From: a virus
Length of the DNA stretch: 64,000 nt
IMG/VR virus record: IMGVR_UViG_3300021425_000006
Reading direction: 5' to 3' (one strand)
Part shown: one piece after another, positions 38,401 through 47,915 of the stretch
How the letters are laid out: every line of letters begins with the position of its first letter
How positions within the stretch are numbered: the stretch's first letter is position 1
The notes under the pieces: generated by a model
Seen by the model: only the letters and a program-made list of their open reading frames with translations
The model's database searches: none
Told to the model about the DNA's origin: nothing
Position numbers and translations under genes: made by a program

Positions 38401-38758
38401 CTTTGGTCAAAAAACTCGTGCAAGAGGTGCAAGTTCTTTAGATAGAATTAACGTTTCTAGACTTGTAATATTCTTACGTAGTCAACTTAACAAACTTGCT
38501 AAACCATATATCTTTGAGCCAAATGATAAGATCACACGTGATCAGATCAAACAAGCGGCTGAAAGTTTATGTTTAGAGTTAGTTGGTTCAAGAGGACTTT
38601 ATGACTTCTTAGTTGTATGTGACGAAAGTAACAATACACCTAGCAGAATTGACAGAAACGAGCTTTATTTAGATATAGCAATTGAACCAGTTAAAGCAGT
38701 TGAGTTTATATACATTCCACTGAGATTGAAAAATACTGGTGAGATAGCAGGCTTGTAA
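35495..38758 (+). CDS. Contractile tail sheath protein (gp18-like), 1087 aa
   Basis: SPGVQVSVIDES; PWFAPAG.RRG; DRINVSRL; FEPND; VVCDESNN; IEPVKAVEFIYI. Confidence 0.93.
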   Translation: MALTSPGVQVSVIDESFYTPAEPGTVPMIFVASAQDKLNGAGTGTAAGTTKANAGKPYLLTSQRDLTETFGDPTFITDSNNNPVHAGELNEYGLQAAYSMLGVSNRAYVVRADIDLNELKASATAPAAAPADGTSWFDTQTSTFGIFEWNSNSATTTGGQTFSNKVPTVITDVTKLVGNSATGNPKTSVGQIGDYVVVATTTVNKLFYKNSSGAWVQVGSAAWKGSHATVKSSSAVASVASGVTMTINSVTVTSSGTALTDVVSDINALSIAGVTAAVVDSQLELYNTGASTANIIIAEGTGLADDVKIPAGTYAIPALTTAPHTSVPEYKSTDTTPRPSGSVWFKTTEPNLGARIRVKQYAVGTGTWTQVAAPIYANNQSALYALDKSGGGANLAAGSLYVQSNVAEEAVNLATFKIFERAASGATVITSSAVAAQLSAQSYAFDIQETLANNGALQTAKTVSFTAVGASGDADTLAGAINSAGFTNIVATVDTANKVSIKHTLGGDFRITDTGGALALIGYAAYVDANSGTPNLYAAPAGDTVNDFVASNWKVLAYTAGEDAPTALTADGTLWYNSIVDEVDLMIHNGTTWVGYLDSTSPFYAATDGDKTDPNGPQVSASEPTLQSDGTALKNGDIWVSTADLENYPLIYKYNGSTLKWVLLDKGDQTTEDGVLFGDARYNTAGSNSATAGEIKDLLSSNFLDADAPDPALYPKGMLLWNTRRSGFNVKKFVRNYVDTSLDNGRFGDESMSSYYTHRWVTESANQDDGSGSFGAKAQRKVVVQAMQAMVNSNDEIRDDESRVFNLMATPGYPELIGEMIALNNDRGLTAFIVGDSPAKLKSDATSLNEWGSNVNLAVEDNDAGLVSRDEYLGVFYPWGFSSDNAGNNVVVPPSHMMLRTLALSDQVSYPWFAPAGTRRGGITNASATGYIDAEGEFVSVALNEGQRDTLYSLSINPITFITGAGLVNFGQKTRARGASSLDRINVSRLVIFLRSQLNKLAKPYIFEPNDKITRDQIKQAAESLCLELVGSRGLYDFLVVCDESNNTPSRIDRNELYLDIAIEPVKAVEFIYIPLRLKNTGEIAGL

Positions 38759-38793
38759 AAATGATAAATAATATTATAACAGGAGCAAATTAA

Positions 38794-39432
38794 ATGGCTA
38801 TTTCATCACTATCAAAAATTACAGTTCCACTAGCAAGTGATAACAGTTCTTCCAACCAAGGACTGTTAATGCCAAAACTTCAATATCGCTTTAGAGTGAG
38901 CTTGGAGAACTTTGGTGTAAGTGCAGGGGAAGTTACAGAGTTAACAAAACAAGTTGTTGATGTTACTAGACCAAACGTTAGCTTCGAAACTATGACGATT
39001 GACGTTTACAACTCAAGAGTATACCTAGCAGGTAAACATACTTGGGAAGCTATTACATTGAACTTAAGAGACGATGCAACAGGTGCTGTTCAAAAATTAG
39101 TCGGCGAACAACTACAGAAGCAATTCGACTTTATGGAGCAATCAAGTGCTGCAAGCGGAATTGATTATAAGTTCGTAACTAGGATCGAAGTACTAGACGG
39201 TGGTAACGGTAACTTTGAACCGACTGTGTTAGAAACTTTTGAAGTATATGGTTGTTATTTAGAAAGTGCAAACTATAACACATTAGCATATAGTGCTAAT
39301 GAGCCAGTTACAGTTTCACTAGCTATTAAATACGATAACGCTATACAGACTCAAGGTGCTAGCGGAGGCGGTGTTGGTACTGCTATTGGCAGATCAGTTG
39401 CAGCTATTGCATCTACAACTGGCGTAAGCTAA
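38794..39432 (+). CDS. Tail tube protein (gp19-like)
   Basis: Follows sheath; YRFRV...RP......YLAGKHTWEAITLNLRDD. Confidence 0.85.
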   Translation: MAISSLSKITVPLASDNSSSNQGLLMPKLQYRFRVSLENFGVSAGEVTELTKQVVDVTRPNVSFETMTIDVYNSRVYLAGKHTWEAITLNLRDDATGAVQKLVGEQLQKQFDFMEQSSAASGIDYKFVTRIEVLDGGNGNFEPTVLETFEVYGCYLESANYNTLAYSANEPVTVSLAIKYDNAIQTQGASGGGVGTAIGRSVAAIASTTGVS

Positions 39433-39460
39433 GAGTAATTGTAATTAAAATCTTTGAAGA

Positions 39461-39488
39461 AGGGATCTTTTATAGGTCCCTTTTTTTT
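39461..39488 (+). terminator. Rho-independent terminator
   Basis: AGGGATCT-TTTAT-AGGTCCCT followed by T run. Confidence 0.85.
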
Positions 39489-39523
39489 ATCTACGCATAT
39501 AATTCACTTGGATAAATATTAGT

Positions 39524-40918
39524 ATGAGCAAGTTTGGCGGATTTCTAGATAATTTAGTAAGTGGGGCTTTAAACCCTAAAGGTGACATGGCGGACTACCG
39601 TCATGCTTCTCGACTATACACAGATGATAACTTTAGGTTAGCACCTAAAACTAAGTTTCTGTATCATGTTTCATTTAATTTAAATGAAGAAGTAATTAAA
39701 AAGGTTCGTCCTAACTTTGATAAAAAGCATGGCTTAGAAGTTAACATGCTAGTCAAAACAGCAGACTTACCAAAGTATAATGTTACAACAGAAACTAAAA
39801 ACAAATACAATCGTAAGAAAAATTTACAAGTTAGATTAGACTATGATCCTATTAACATTACATTTCACGATGATAATATGGGTCTTACAACATACCTTTG
39901 GGAATCGTATTATAGATATTATTTTGTAGACGGCAACTTAGGAAGTTTAGATGCTGCAGGCAAACCTAATCAAACATCAACAGGGTTTATGCCACATAAC
40001 ACATATGAAGGCAAAGCACTAAATGCATTTAGATACGGATTTGATAATAATTCGTATGCACCGTTCTTTAATAGTATTCAAATAAGCCAAATGGCTAGAC
40101 ATCAATATGTAACATACACATTAGTTAATCCTATTATTAGTAGTTTTCAACATGATACAATGGATCAGTCCGCAGGCGGCGAAACTTCACAAAATACAAT
40201 GCAAATATTATATGAATCAGTATTCTATAGTACAGGTGCTGTTGAAGAAGGTAATGCTCCTGTAGGATTTGGTACAGAACATTATGATACATCTCCAAGT
40301 CCAATTAGTATTGCCGGCGGTGGAGCTGCTAGTCTACTTGGCGCAGGCGGAGTATTAGCCGGCGGAGCAAGTGTGTTTAGTGATCTTAGTAGCGGTAATG
40401 TTGGATTAGGAACATTAATTAAAGCAACGAATACAATTAAAAATGCTAAAAAATTAACTAAAGAAGGTGTACGTAACGAAGGATACAGTGTATTAGGTAA
40501 ATCATTAACAGCGGCAACTGGAGCAAATGTAAGTGGATTAGCAAATTCTAGTTTTCCAAAGAGTGGCGGAACAGGACAAAATAACGCTACAGAAGCAACA
40601 CCGTTAGTAACATCTAAACAAAATAAACAACTATCTAATGCAGAAATACAAAATCAATTAGAAGATGTACCAATCTTAAAAGATGCTGTAGCAAAACAAT
40701 TAGTTGCTACCGGAGTAGTAGCATCAACAGTAGCAGGGCTTTCAGTGGGTAATGCAGTTGGACTGAGTGTTTATGAAACATTAACAGTTCAAGAGAAAAA
40801 TGCAATCAAAGAAGAAGTTGACGAAAAAATTGCTGAGGGAGATCCTAAGGTTCTTTCTGTTAGTAATAAAATAGTATCTTCTTATAGAGAATCACAAGGA
40901 ATATTATCTAATGTCTAG
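39524..40918 (+). CDS. Tube-fold baseplate/tube-initiator protein (gp54/gp48-like)
   Basis: VKTADLPK...YDPINITFHDD tube-like N-terminal half. Confidence 0.55.
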   Translation: MSKFGGFLDNLVSGALNPKGDMADYRHASRLYTDDNFRLAPKTKFLYHVSFNLNEEVIKKVRPNFDKKHGLEVNMLVKTADLPKYNVTTETKNKYNRKKNLQVRLDYDPINITFHDDNMGLTTYLWESYYRYYFVDGNLGSLDAAGKPNQTSTGFMPHNTYEGKALNAFRYGFDNNSYAPFFNSIQISQMARHQYVTYTLVNPIISSFQHDTMDQSAGGETSQNTMQILYESVFYSTGAVEEGNAPVGFGTEHYDTSPSPISIAGGGAASLLGAGGVLAGGASVFSDLSSGNVGLGTLIKATNTIKNAKKLTKEGVRNEGYSVLGKSLTAATGANVSGLANSSFPKSGGTGQNNATEATPLVTSKQNKQLSNAEIQNQLEDVPILKDAVAKQLVATGVVASTVAGLSVGNAVGLSVYETLTVQEKNAIKEEVDEKIAEGDPKVLSVSNKIVSSYRESQGILSNV

Positions 40919-41276
40919 TAACCTACCAGTACAATCAAATGACTCCGCAGACGGAACTAAAAAGTTTTTTGACCAATATTTTACAGAAGCAATATCATAT
41001 CCTAGTAATCAAGTCGATGCTGTTATTGGGTTTTTTGAAAATAAAGGTTTTGAAAAACTAGCGGCTAGAAGTACAGCAACAGTTATATTACAACAAGCCA
41101 AAATTGATAACGTTAATGTATTTGAAATAATTGATACACTTAAAGGATTAACAAAAATTCAATTAAGCGAAATAGTTGCTGAAATATTAAACTATGACCG
41201 AAACAAAGTAAGTACACTCGGTTTCAGATCAACGTCAGTTTCGGAAAAGTTAGAACGAAGAAACATTGTAGAGTAA
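40911..41276 (+). CDS. Hypothetical protein
   Basis: ORF overlapping upstream stop. Confidence 0.6.
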   Translation: MSSNLPVQSNDSADGTKKFFDQYFTEAISYPSNQVDAVIGFFENKGFEKLAARSTATVILQQAKIDNVNVFEIIDTLKGLTKIQLSEIVAEILNYDRNKVSTLGFRSTSVSEKLERRNIVE

Positions 41277-41280
41277 CATT

Positions 41281-41718
41281 ATGGGCCGTTTTGCACAAGG
41301 CAAGTTTACTCCAAAATATCCAGAGAAGTATGTAGGAAACAAAACTCCTACTTATAGAAGTAGTTGGGAATTTGCTTTTATGAAATTCTGCGATGAGCAT
41401 TCAAGTGTTGAAAAATGGGCTAGTGAAGCAATTAAAATCCCTTATAGAAATCCACTAACAGGCAAACATACAATATATGTTCCAGACTTTTTTATAGTGT
41501 ATACTGGTAGGAAAGGTGGGCAACAAGTTGAACTAATAGAAGTTAAACCCGAAAATCAAACTGTATTTGAAAAATTAGGTCGTAGTCGTCATAACCAAGC
41601 TGCTTGGATAGTTAATCAAGCAAAATGGGAAGCTGCTAGTAAGTGGTGTAAAGGTAAAGGTATACGTTTTAGAATAATCTCTGAAAAGGATATTTTCCAC
41701 AGTGGCAAAAGACGATAA
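41281..41718 (+). CDS. Head completion nuclease (T4 gp4-like, TnsA-type PD-(D/E)xK)
   Basis: YRSSWE..FM.FCD....W.SE...IPY...Y.PDF...EVKP...N.AKW.AA. Confidence 0.88.
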   Translation: MGRFAQGKFTPKYPEKYVGNKTPTYRSSWEFAFMKFCDEHSSVEKWASEAIKIPYRNPLTGKHTIYVPDFFIVYTGRKGGQQVELIEVKPENQTVFEKLGRSRHNQAAWIVNQAKWEAASKWCKGKGIRFRIISEKDIFHSGKRR

Positions 41719-41747
41719 ATAATAGTAGCATATAATGGAAAGATCCA

Positions 41748-42239
41748 ATGACTAAAAAATTAGAAGACTTATTAAATTTGCCAGATTCAAAAGAAATTAT
41801 TGATGATGCAAAAAAGCAAAAGGCAAAGACAGCGGTTGTTGAACAACAAGAAACATTCCGTGATATAGCAGAGTTTGATAAAATTGCTAGTGCATTGCCT
41901 GCCGTAAAAGGCTTAGGTGAAAAAGCAGATACTGAATTAAATGATATTGCTGATCGTGCATTAACAGCATACGAAGACTTAATGGATCTTGGCATGAATG
42001 TTGAATCACGCTATAGCGGTCGTGTATTTGAAGTAGCAGGCGGCATGCTTAAGACAGGATTAGATGCCAAAGTAGCAAAACTTAATAATAAGTTGAAAAT
42101 GGTTGAATTGCAACTTAAAAAAGAAAAACAAGATAAAGATACCTTAGATACAGGCGATGTAGTTAATGGCGAAGGCTTTGTTGTAACTGATAGGAACAGC
42201 CTACTAGAACGCCTAAAAGGCATTGATAAGGATAAATAA
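41748..42239 (+). CDS. Putative terminase small subunit
   Basis: Helical protein with R.FEVAG.ML, coiled coil, C-terminal DRNSLL; upstream of large terminase. Confidence 0.45.
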   Translation: MTKKLEDLLNLPDSKEIIDDAKKQKAKTAVVEQQETFRDIAEFDKIASALPAVKGLGEKADTELNDIADRALTAYEDLMDLGMNVESRYSGRVFEVAGGMLKTGLDAKVAKLNNKLKMVELQLKKEKQDKDTLDTGDVVNGEGFVVTDRNSLLERLKGIDKDK

Positions 42240-42262
42240 TATATAAGATAGGAAATACTATA

Positions 42263-42823
42263 ATGAAATCTTTTACAGAATTTTTAACAGAATCAAAAAA
42301 AACATATCCTTTTAAAATAGGAGTAGCAGGTACATTACCTGAAGGCTTTGTAGACTCTATGGAAACAGCATTAAAGAAATATGATGTTGTAAATATGTCA
42401 GCAGGCAAGAAAACTCCAATTCAAGAAAGACCATTAGATTTTCCGCAACTACAAAATACAGAAGTAACATATTTTGAAGTTGAATTAAACTATCCAACAA
42501 CAGTACAAGTATTGCAAGAATACTTAGCAAAGTGTTGTGGCATAGACCAAGGTCATTTTATTGTTCGCAATCCAAACGAGCCACAAGAAGAATATCAGCA
42601 ACCTAAACCAGAAGGCGAATATGAGCCAATGTTAACACAAGAAGATATGGGCGGCCCATCTGCTCAAAATGAAGTTGCAGGTAATAGAGTAATGGACTTA
42701 CTTAAAGAACTTGAAGTTGCACGTAAAGAGCGTGATATGGATCCTACGGAGTCAGCACAAACTGGCGAAATAGTAAAAGACATAGAACAAAAAGAAAACG
42801 CTAAAAGCGTATTAGGGAGTTAA
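42263..42823 (+). CDS. Putative internal head protein
   Basis: N-terminus MKSFTEFLTE resembles the T4 capsid-targeting sequence. Confidence 0.5.
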   Translation: MKSFTEFLTESKKTYPFKIGVAGTLPEGFVDSMETALKKYDVVNMSAGKKTPIQERPLDFPQLQNTEVTYFEVELNYPTTVQVLQEYLAKCCGIDQGHFIVRNPNEPQEEYQQPKPEGEYEPMLTQEDMGGPSAQNEVAGNRVMDLLKELEVARKERDMDPTESAQTGEIVKDIEQKENAKSVLGS

Positions 42824-42826
42824 AAA

Positions 42827-43648
42827 ATGGATTTAAAAGATCTAATTCAAAAAATGGACAACATTGAATCAACTCAAGAGTTGAATGAATCAGTTGTAAA
42901 TGAACTGGGATATCCGGAAAATCCAGGTGCCCCTGTAAGTATGAATGTAAGTTTAAATGCAAGCGGCAAAGAACATGTTGCTGACTTGATTGACATGATG
43001 AAAAATGCAGGTATTGGTGACGGTGAAGGTGATTCAGAAGCATCAGGACCAATGCGTGGCGACATGGAAAAATTTAGAAGTATGATTGACGACCCACATG
43101 ATGGGAAAGGTCATGAACACTTTGGTACAGCTAAAGATATTGATGACCCAGAAGAGCCAGGCAAAGATGAAGTGCCAGGTGATGATGATTCAGAAGAAGG
43201 ATTCTTAGGTGGTGTAGCAGGTGGTGTAGCAGGCGGAATGCTTGGCGGACCATTAGGAGCATTAACAGGTGCAGCGGCAGGTGATTCGTTAACAGATGAC
43301 GAAGCAACTGAAGGCTGGGACAATGAGCCAGATGAAGAATACAGAGATCACAAACACATGACTAAAGATTTATCCGGCGGCATTAATAGAGAAAAGCCAA
43401 AAGGTGCAATCCGTGCAAAAGATCCAGCAATACATCAAACAGTTGAAACTACTAGTGTAAAAGAGCAGCTTTGGGCAGCATTAAACGAAAAGATGGCAGC
43501 CGAAGGACGTGGACGTGGTAAAAAGAAAAAAGTAATGGCTAGCAGAGGCCGTGGCAAGACTGAAGATATTAAAGAAATGGATTGTCCAGAATGTGGCAAA
43601 CCAGGCAAAAAGAAATTAATGGCATGTGCATCATGCGGTTGTAAGTAA
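42827..43648 (+). CDS. Acidic low-complexity protein, putative head core/internal protein
   Basis: D/E-rich, glycine zipper, RG/K patch, C-terminal CxxC...CxxC. Confidence 0.55.
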   Translation: MDLKDLIQKMDNIESTQELNESVVNELGYPENPGAPVSMNVSLNASGKEHVADLIDMMKNAGIGDGEGDSEASGPMRGDMEKFRSMIDDPHDGKGHEHFGTAKDIDDPEEPGKDEVPGDDDSEEGFLGGVAGGVAGGMLGGPLGALTGAAAGDSLTDDEATEGWDNEPDEEYRDHKHMTKDLSGGINREKPKGAIRAKDPAIHQTVETTSVKEQLWAALNEKMAAEGRGRGKKKKVMASRGRGKTEDIKEMDCPECGKPGKKKLMACASCGCK

Positions 43649-43674
43649 CAACTTTATTAAATTTTAATAAATCC

Positions 43675-43702
43675 AAATAGGCTCTTAGGAGCCTATTTTT
43701 TT
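43675..43702 (+). terminator. Rho-independent terminator
   Basis: AAATAGGCTC-TTAG-GAGCCTATTT then TTTT. Confidence 0.85.
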
Positions 43703-43716
43703 CTGTAAATACTTTT

Positions 43717-44055
43717 ATGACAGATTGGACCAAGTATTTTGAACACATAAAGCCTGTGTGTCCGTGGAGCGGAGCTGCATGGAAAAAGGGCGAAATAAAA
43801 GTAAGATACTGGAACGATGAAATAGAAGAACTAGATAATAATCAAGCCATCATATATATTTGTAAAGGATATAATCGTAGACGTCTTAAAAAACTTTGTA
43901 AAAAAGTTGACGTAAGCGAGAAATATGAATGGTTATGGAGCGAACCTACACACGGTGATTATGCTTCTCCAGTCCCTATACTAATACAGCAAGACAAACG
44001 CAAACTGTTTGATTTAAGATTCGATACAGGCTACTATGACGATATAATTGGTTAA
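43717..44055 (+). CDS. Hypothetical protein (PVCPW motif)
   Basis: ORF directly after TAAATA motif at 43706-43711. Confidence 0.6.
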   Translation: MTDWTKYFEHIKPVCPWSGAAWKKGEIKVRYWNDEIEELDNNQAIIYICKGYNRRRLKKLCKKVDVSEKYEWLWSEPTHGDYASPVPILIQQDKRKLFDLRFDTGYYDDIIG

Positions 44056-44063
44056 ATACTACT

Positions 44064-45644
44064 ATGAGTAAGAGTTTAGATGGTGTCCTCACCAAAAAAG
44101 CAAATCAAAAAGAAACGTTCAACGAAGAACAGATACAAGATCTGCAGGCATGCATGGACCCTGATGATGGGTATATGTACTTTGCACGGAAGTTTGCGTA
44201 CATACAGCATCCTGTACAAGGTAAACTTTTATTCGACCCTTACGAATATCAACTTCGCTTAATGGATTCATATCATAGTTATAGATTTAATATTAATATG
44301 ATGCCGAGGCAAACAGGTAAAACTACATGTGCGGCAATATACCTAGCATGGTATGCAATGTTTGTACCTGATCAAACTATACTAATTGCTGCACACAAGT
44401 ACACAGGTGCTCAAGAGATTATGGCACGTATTCGTTATGTGTATGAAACTTGTCCAGATCATATTAGAGCAGGTGTTACATCATACAACAAAGGCTCAAT
44501 TGAATTTGAAAACGGTAGTAGGATTGTAAGCCAAACAACTACTGGAAATACTGGACGTGGTATGTCCATATCATTACTATACTGTGACGAGTTTGCATTT
44601 GTGCAACCTAATATTGCAGAAGAATTTTGGACTTCAATATCACCTACACTAGCAACAGGTGGTCGTGCTATTATTACAAGTACACCAAACAGTGACGAAG
44701 ATACATTTGCTACTATCTGGAAACAAGCAGAAGATAAATTTGATTCACACGGTAACGAACAAGACGTAGGCATAAACGGCTTTCATAGTTTTGTTGCAGA
44801 ATGGCAAGAACATCCGGATAGAGACGAAGAATGGAAAGAAGCAGAAATTGGACGTATTGGCGAAGAAAAGTTTAGACGTGAATACGGCTGTGAATTCTTA
44901 GTATTTGATGAAACACTTATTAATAGTATATACTTGGCAAACATGGAAGGTCAAAGTCCAATACTAAACATGGGTCAAACACGCTGGTACAGTAAGCCAT
45001 CACCAGATTTTACATATGCAGTTGCACTTGATCCTAGCATGGGTACAGGCGGCGACAATGCGGCTATTGAAGTATATGAACTACCAAGTTATAAACAAGT
45101 AGCAGAATGGCAACACAATCAAACAGCAATACCTGGGCAAATTAGAGTACTTGCTGACATTTGTAAGTACATAGAAACTGAAACAGGAAATACTAATGGC
45201 ATTTACTGGTCTGTAGAAAATAACGGTATAGGCGAAGCTGCATTATTAGTTATTAACGACTTTGGGGAAGAAAACATACCGGGGTTATTTGTAAGCGAAC
45301 CTATGCGTAAAGGTCATGTACGTAAGTTTAGAAAAGGATTTAACACTACACATGGTACAAAGATTACTGCATGTAGTAGGCTAAAAACTATGATAGAAGG
45401 TGAAAAGATGTTTGTATCTAGTAAACCTCTAATATCAGAACTTAAAAATTATATTGCATCAGGGTCAAGTTATCAAGCAAAACCCGGAGCATCAGATGAC
45501 TTAATAAGTGCAACACTTTTAGCAATTAGAATGATGGCTGTACTAAAAGACTGGGATCCAAGAATATATAACACATTTAACCAAGCAGAAGATAATGAAG
45601 ATTACGAACCGCCAATGCCAATCTTCATTAGCTCAAACTATTAA
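44064..45644 (+). CDS. terL: Terminase large subunit (T4 gp17-like)
   Basis: Walker A PRQTGKT, Walker B LLYCDEFAF, ITSTPN, nuclease ALDPS.G.GGD, ENN, DDL. Confidence 0.95.
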   Translation: MSKSLDGVLTKKANQKETFNEEQIQDLQACMDPDDGYMYFARKFAYIQHPVQGKLLFDPYEYQLRLMDSYHSYRFNINMMPRQTGKTTCAAIYLAWYAMFVPDQTILIAAHKYTGAQEIMARIRYVYETCPDHIRAGVTSYNKGSIEFENGSRIVSQTTTGNTGRGMSISLLYCDEFAFVQPNIAEEFWTSISPTLATGGRAIITSTPNSDEDTFATIWKQAEDKFDSHGNEQDVGINGFHSFVAEWQEHPDRDEEWKEAEIGRIGEEKFRREYGCEFLVFDETLINSIYLANMEGQSPILNMGQTRWYSKPSPDFTYAVALDPSMGTGGDNAAIEVYELPSYKQVAEWQHNQTAIPGQIRVLADICKYIETETGNTNGIYWSVENNGIGEAALLVINDFGEENIPGLFVSEPMRKGHVRKFRKGFNTTHGTKITACSRLKTMIEGEKMFVSSKPLISELKNYIASGSSYQAKPGASDDLISATLLAIRMMAVLKDWDPRIYNTFNQAEDNEDYEPPMPIFISSNY

Positions 45645-45662
45645 AGAGTTGATAAATACAAT

Positions 45663-47771
45663 ATGCAAACATTAAATATAGTAGCCAAAGAATTATTTAA
45701 TAAGATAAGAGGACGCTTTCCAAGTGTTACTATTGGCGATGGTGAAGGTAATGTAACTACAACACCCGAACAGGCAAGATTTTATGACTTTGATTTTATA
45801 TCTGAAGGCAGAGCTGTAGGAAAAGTATCTATTAGTTTAGAAGATAAAGCAGTATCAGTAGTATATAATCAAGGACTAGTTACTAACGAAGATAGTATTA
45901 CTAAAGAAAGTTGGTATAATTTTTTAAAGGAATTAAGGCAATTTGCAAAAAAGCGTATGCTAAACTTTGATACTAGAGATATTAATAAATCAAATTTAAA
46001 TAGAAGAGATTACAAATTTTTAGCAAATAACCGTATAGAGGAAAAAACAATGAGCGAAGGAAAACTTTACGGTACAAGTAGATTAAGTTATCAAGACTTT
46101 GATGGCGCAAGGCTTGTATTACGTCATAGTCAGGCAGTAAACCAAGAAAGAGCTGCAGGCAGAACACAGAATGTCGAAAGCATCTATATAGAAAGTGCTG
46201 AAGGAGAAAGATTCAAGTATCCATACAAGCATATTAATGGTGCTAGAGCAATGGCAAGACACGTTGCTGAAGGCGGTAATGCTTATGATGATTTTGGTAA
46301 ACATATTGTAGGACTAAGTGAAGAACTATCTAAGTTAAAGAAATTTAAAAATTACATGGGTCGCTCAAATGTAATGGCTGAAAGTTTAGCTGGATATGTT
46401 GATGTTGTTAAAGAACGTTTATCAACAGTTAAAAAGACAATTGAAAGTTTACAAAAGAAAGCATACTATACAGAAGCATTTGAAAACTTTGAAAAAACTG
46501 AAGTAACAGAAGTACCACAAGATGTTGCAGAAAATTGGATTGATGAATTAACTATACGTCAGTTTAACGAAGAACTCAAAGATGTATTTCCATACATTTA
46601 TAATTTAGTAAGTGAAAATACTCGTGCAAAAGAATTAGGCCCAACAGACTTAGAAGGTTATGTTGTATACGAAGGCAAAGTAAGAGACGAGTTACAAGAT
46701 AACTTTGATGAGCTATGTGCAATGAAAGAAAACGGCGCAAGTGATAAAGAATTAAAAGCTGCTGCTGATAAGATGGCATTTGGCGGACAAGCACTTGAAG
46801 CATGTTTATCAGGTGCAGATAATCCGTTTGGTAGTGACGATCATATGGAGCCAGATTTTGAATCACAATTAGAAAACGGCTTTGAAGAAATGATGGGTCA
46901 GTTTGCCGAAGGTGCAGGTGAATACAGTTATACATTAGAATATAACGGTGAAGAAAATGGTTATGCAAAACATAAACTCACTATTACATCTCCAGAAGGG
47001 AAAACTAAAGTAGTTGCTGATGACTTTACATACTTTGATACTGAAGACCCAGAAGAACTACAAGCAGAATTAGAATCTTGGTTCAATAAAGGACACGGTG
47101 TAGGCGATGAAGGTATGGACGAAGGGTTTGATCCAGATGAATTTGAAGGCGAATTTGATTATGATGCTGTTGGTGACGACGGTGAAGAAGATTCAGCAAC
47201 AGTAACATACAAGGCTAACATTGACGATATGGGAAGACCAGTTGTTGATCCTAAATCAATTAAAGTACACGCTTCAGGTAATAATCCAAGTAGCAAATTA
47301 GGCTATGATGTTGACAGCGACACTGCAATGCAAGATATGAAAGAACTCCTACAAATGGCACAAGAAGATGCAGACGAAATGTGGGATTCACGTGATAACA
47401 AATATGCACACGGCGAAGGTAATGCATACGCACACGCTGTGAAGAAAGCAAAAGACAGTGGTAAGAAAAAGGGCGATGAAATTGATGGTCCAGATGGCGA
47501 AAAGATCAAGTTAGAAAAAGAAGAACAAAAGACACCATTAGGCGAGTTTATACTAAGTTACTTTGATAGAGAAACTGGACAGTTTCCAAAAGGCGAAACA
47601 GCAATACTTACTATGGTAGAAAAAGATTACGGTGAAAACTACATTACACCTGCAAAACAATTTATTGAAGCAATTAATAATAAAGTAGCAGAAGTAATGG
47701 GTTACAAAGAACAAGAAGACGAAATACAAACACCTGAACTAAGCAGAATTAGAGACTTAGCAGGACTTTAG
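45663..47771 (+). CDS. Large protein with acidic modular C-half, putative head core/structural protein
   Basis: GER...GARAMARH core; C-terminal ELSRIRDLAGL; late motif at 45653-45658. Confidence 0.55.
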   Translation: MQTLNIVAKELFNKIRGRFPSVTIGDGEGNVTTTPEQARFYDFDFISEGRAVGKVSISLEDKAVSVVYNQGLVTNEDSITKESWYNFLKELRQFAKKRMLNFDTRDINKSNLNRRDYKFLANNRIEEKTMSEGKLYGTSRLSYQDFDGARLVLRHSQAVNQERAAGRTQNVESIYIESAEGERFKYPYKHINGARAMARHVAEGGNAYDDFGKHIVGLSEELSKLKKFKNYMGRSNVMAESLAGYVDVVKERLSTVKKTIESLQKKAYYTEAFENFEKTEVTEVPQDVAENWIDELTIRQFNEELKDVFPYIYNLVSENTRAKELGPTDLEGYVVYEGKVRDELQDNFDELCAMKENGASDKELKAAADKMAFGGQALEACLSGADNPFGSDDHMEPDFESQLENGFEEMMGQFAEGAGEYSYTLEYNGEENGYAKHKLTITSPEGKTKVVADDFTYFDTEDPEELQAELESWFNKGHGVGDEGMDEGFDPDEFEGEFDYDAVGDDGEEDSATVTYKANIDDMGRPVVDPKSIKVHASGNNPSSKLGYDVDSDTAMQDMKELLQMAQEDADEMWDSRDNKYAHGEGNAYAHAVKKAKDSGKKKGDEIDGPDGEKIKLEKEEQKTPLGEFILSYFDRETGQFPKGETAILTMVEKDYGENYITPAKQFIEAINNKVAEVMGYKEQEDEIQTPELSRIRDLAGL

Positions 47772-47819
47772 GCAAAGAATTTGAATCGTAAAAGATTCAA
47801 AATAAAGTCAAAAAAATAC

Positions 47820-47848
47820 TTGACTTTATAAATAAAAGAGTGTAACAT
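47820..47848 (+). promoter_or_regulatory. Overlapping sigma70-like and late promoter of SSB gene
   Basis: TTGACT(47820-25)-17 nt-TAACAT(47843-48) with TATAAATA at 47827-34. Confidence 0.6.
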
Positions 47849-47915
47849 GTACTACATGTGTTACACTTTAACTAGGCACATAAAACCATATAAGGCATAT
47901 AGGAGGCATTAAATT

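Noticed and set aside
41281-41718. TnsA transposase / Tn7 element
   Set aside because: Motifs and context fit the T4 gp4 head-completion nuclease; no tnsB/tnsC or transposon ends
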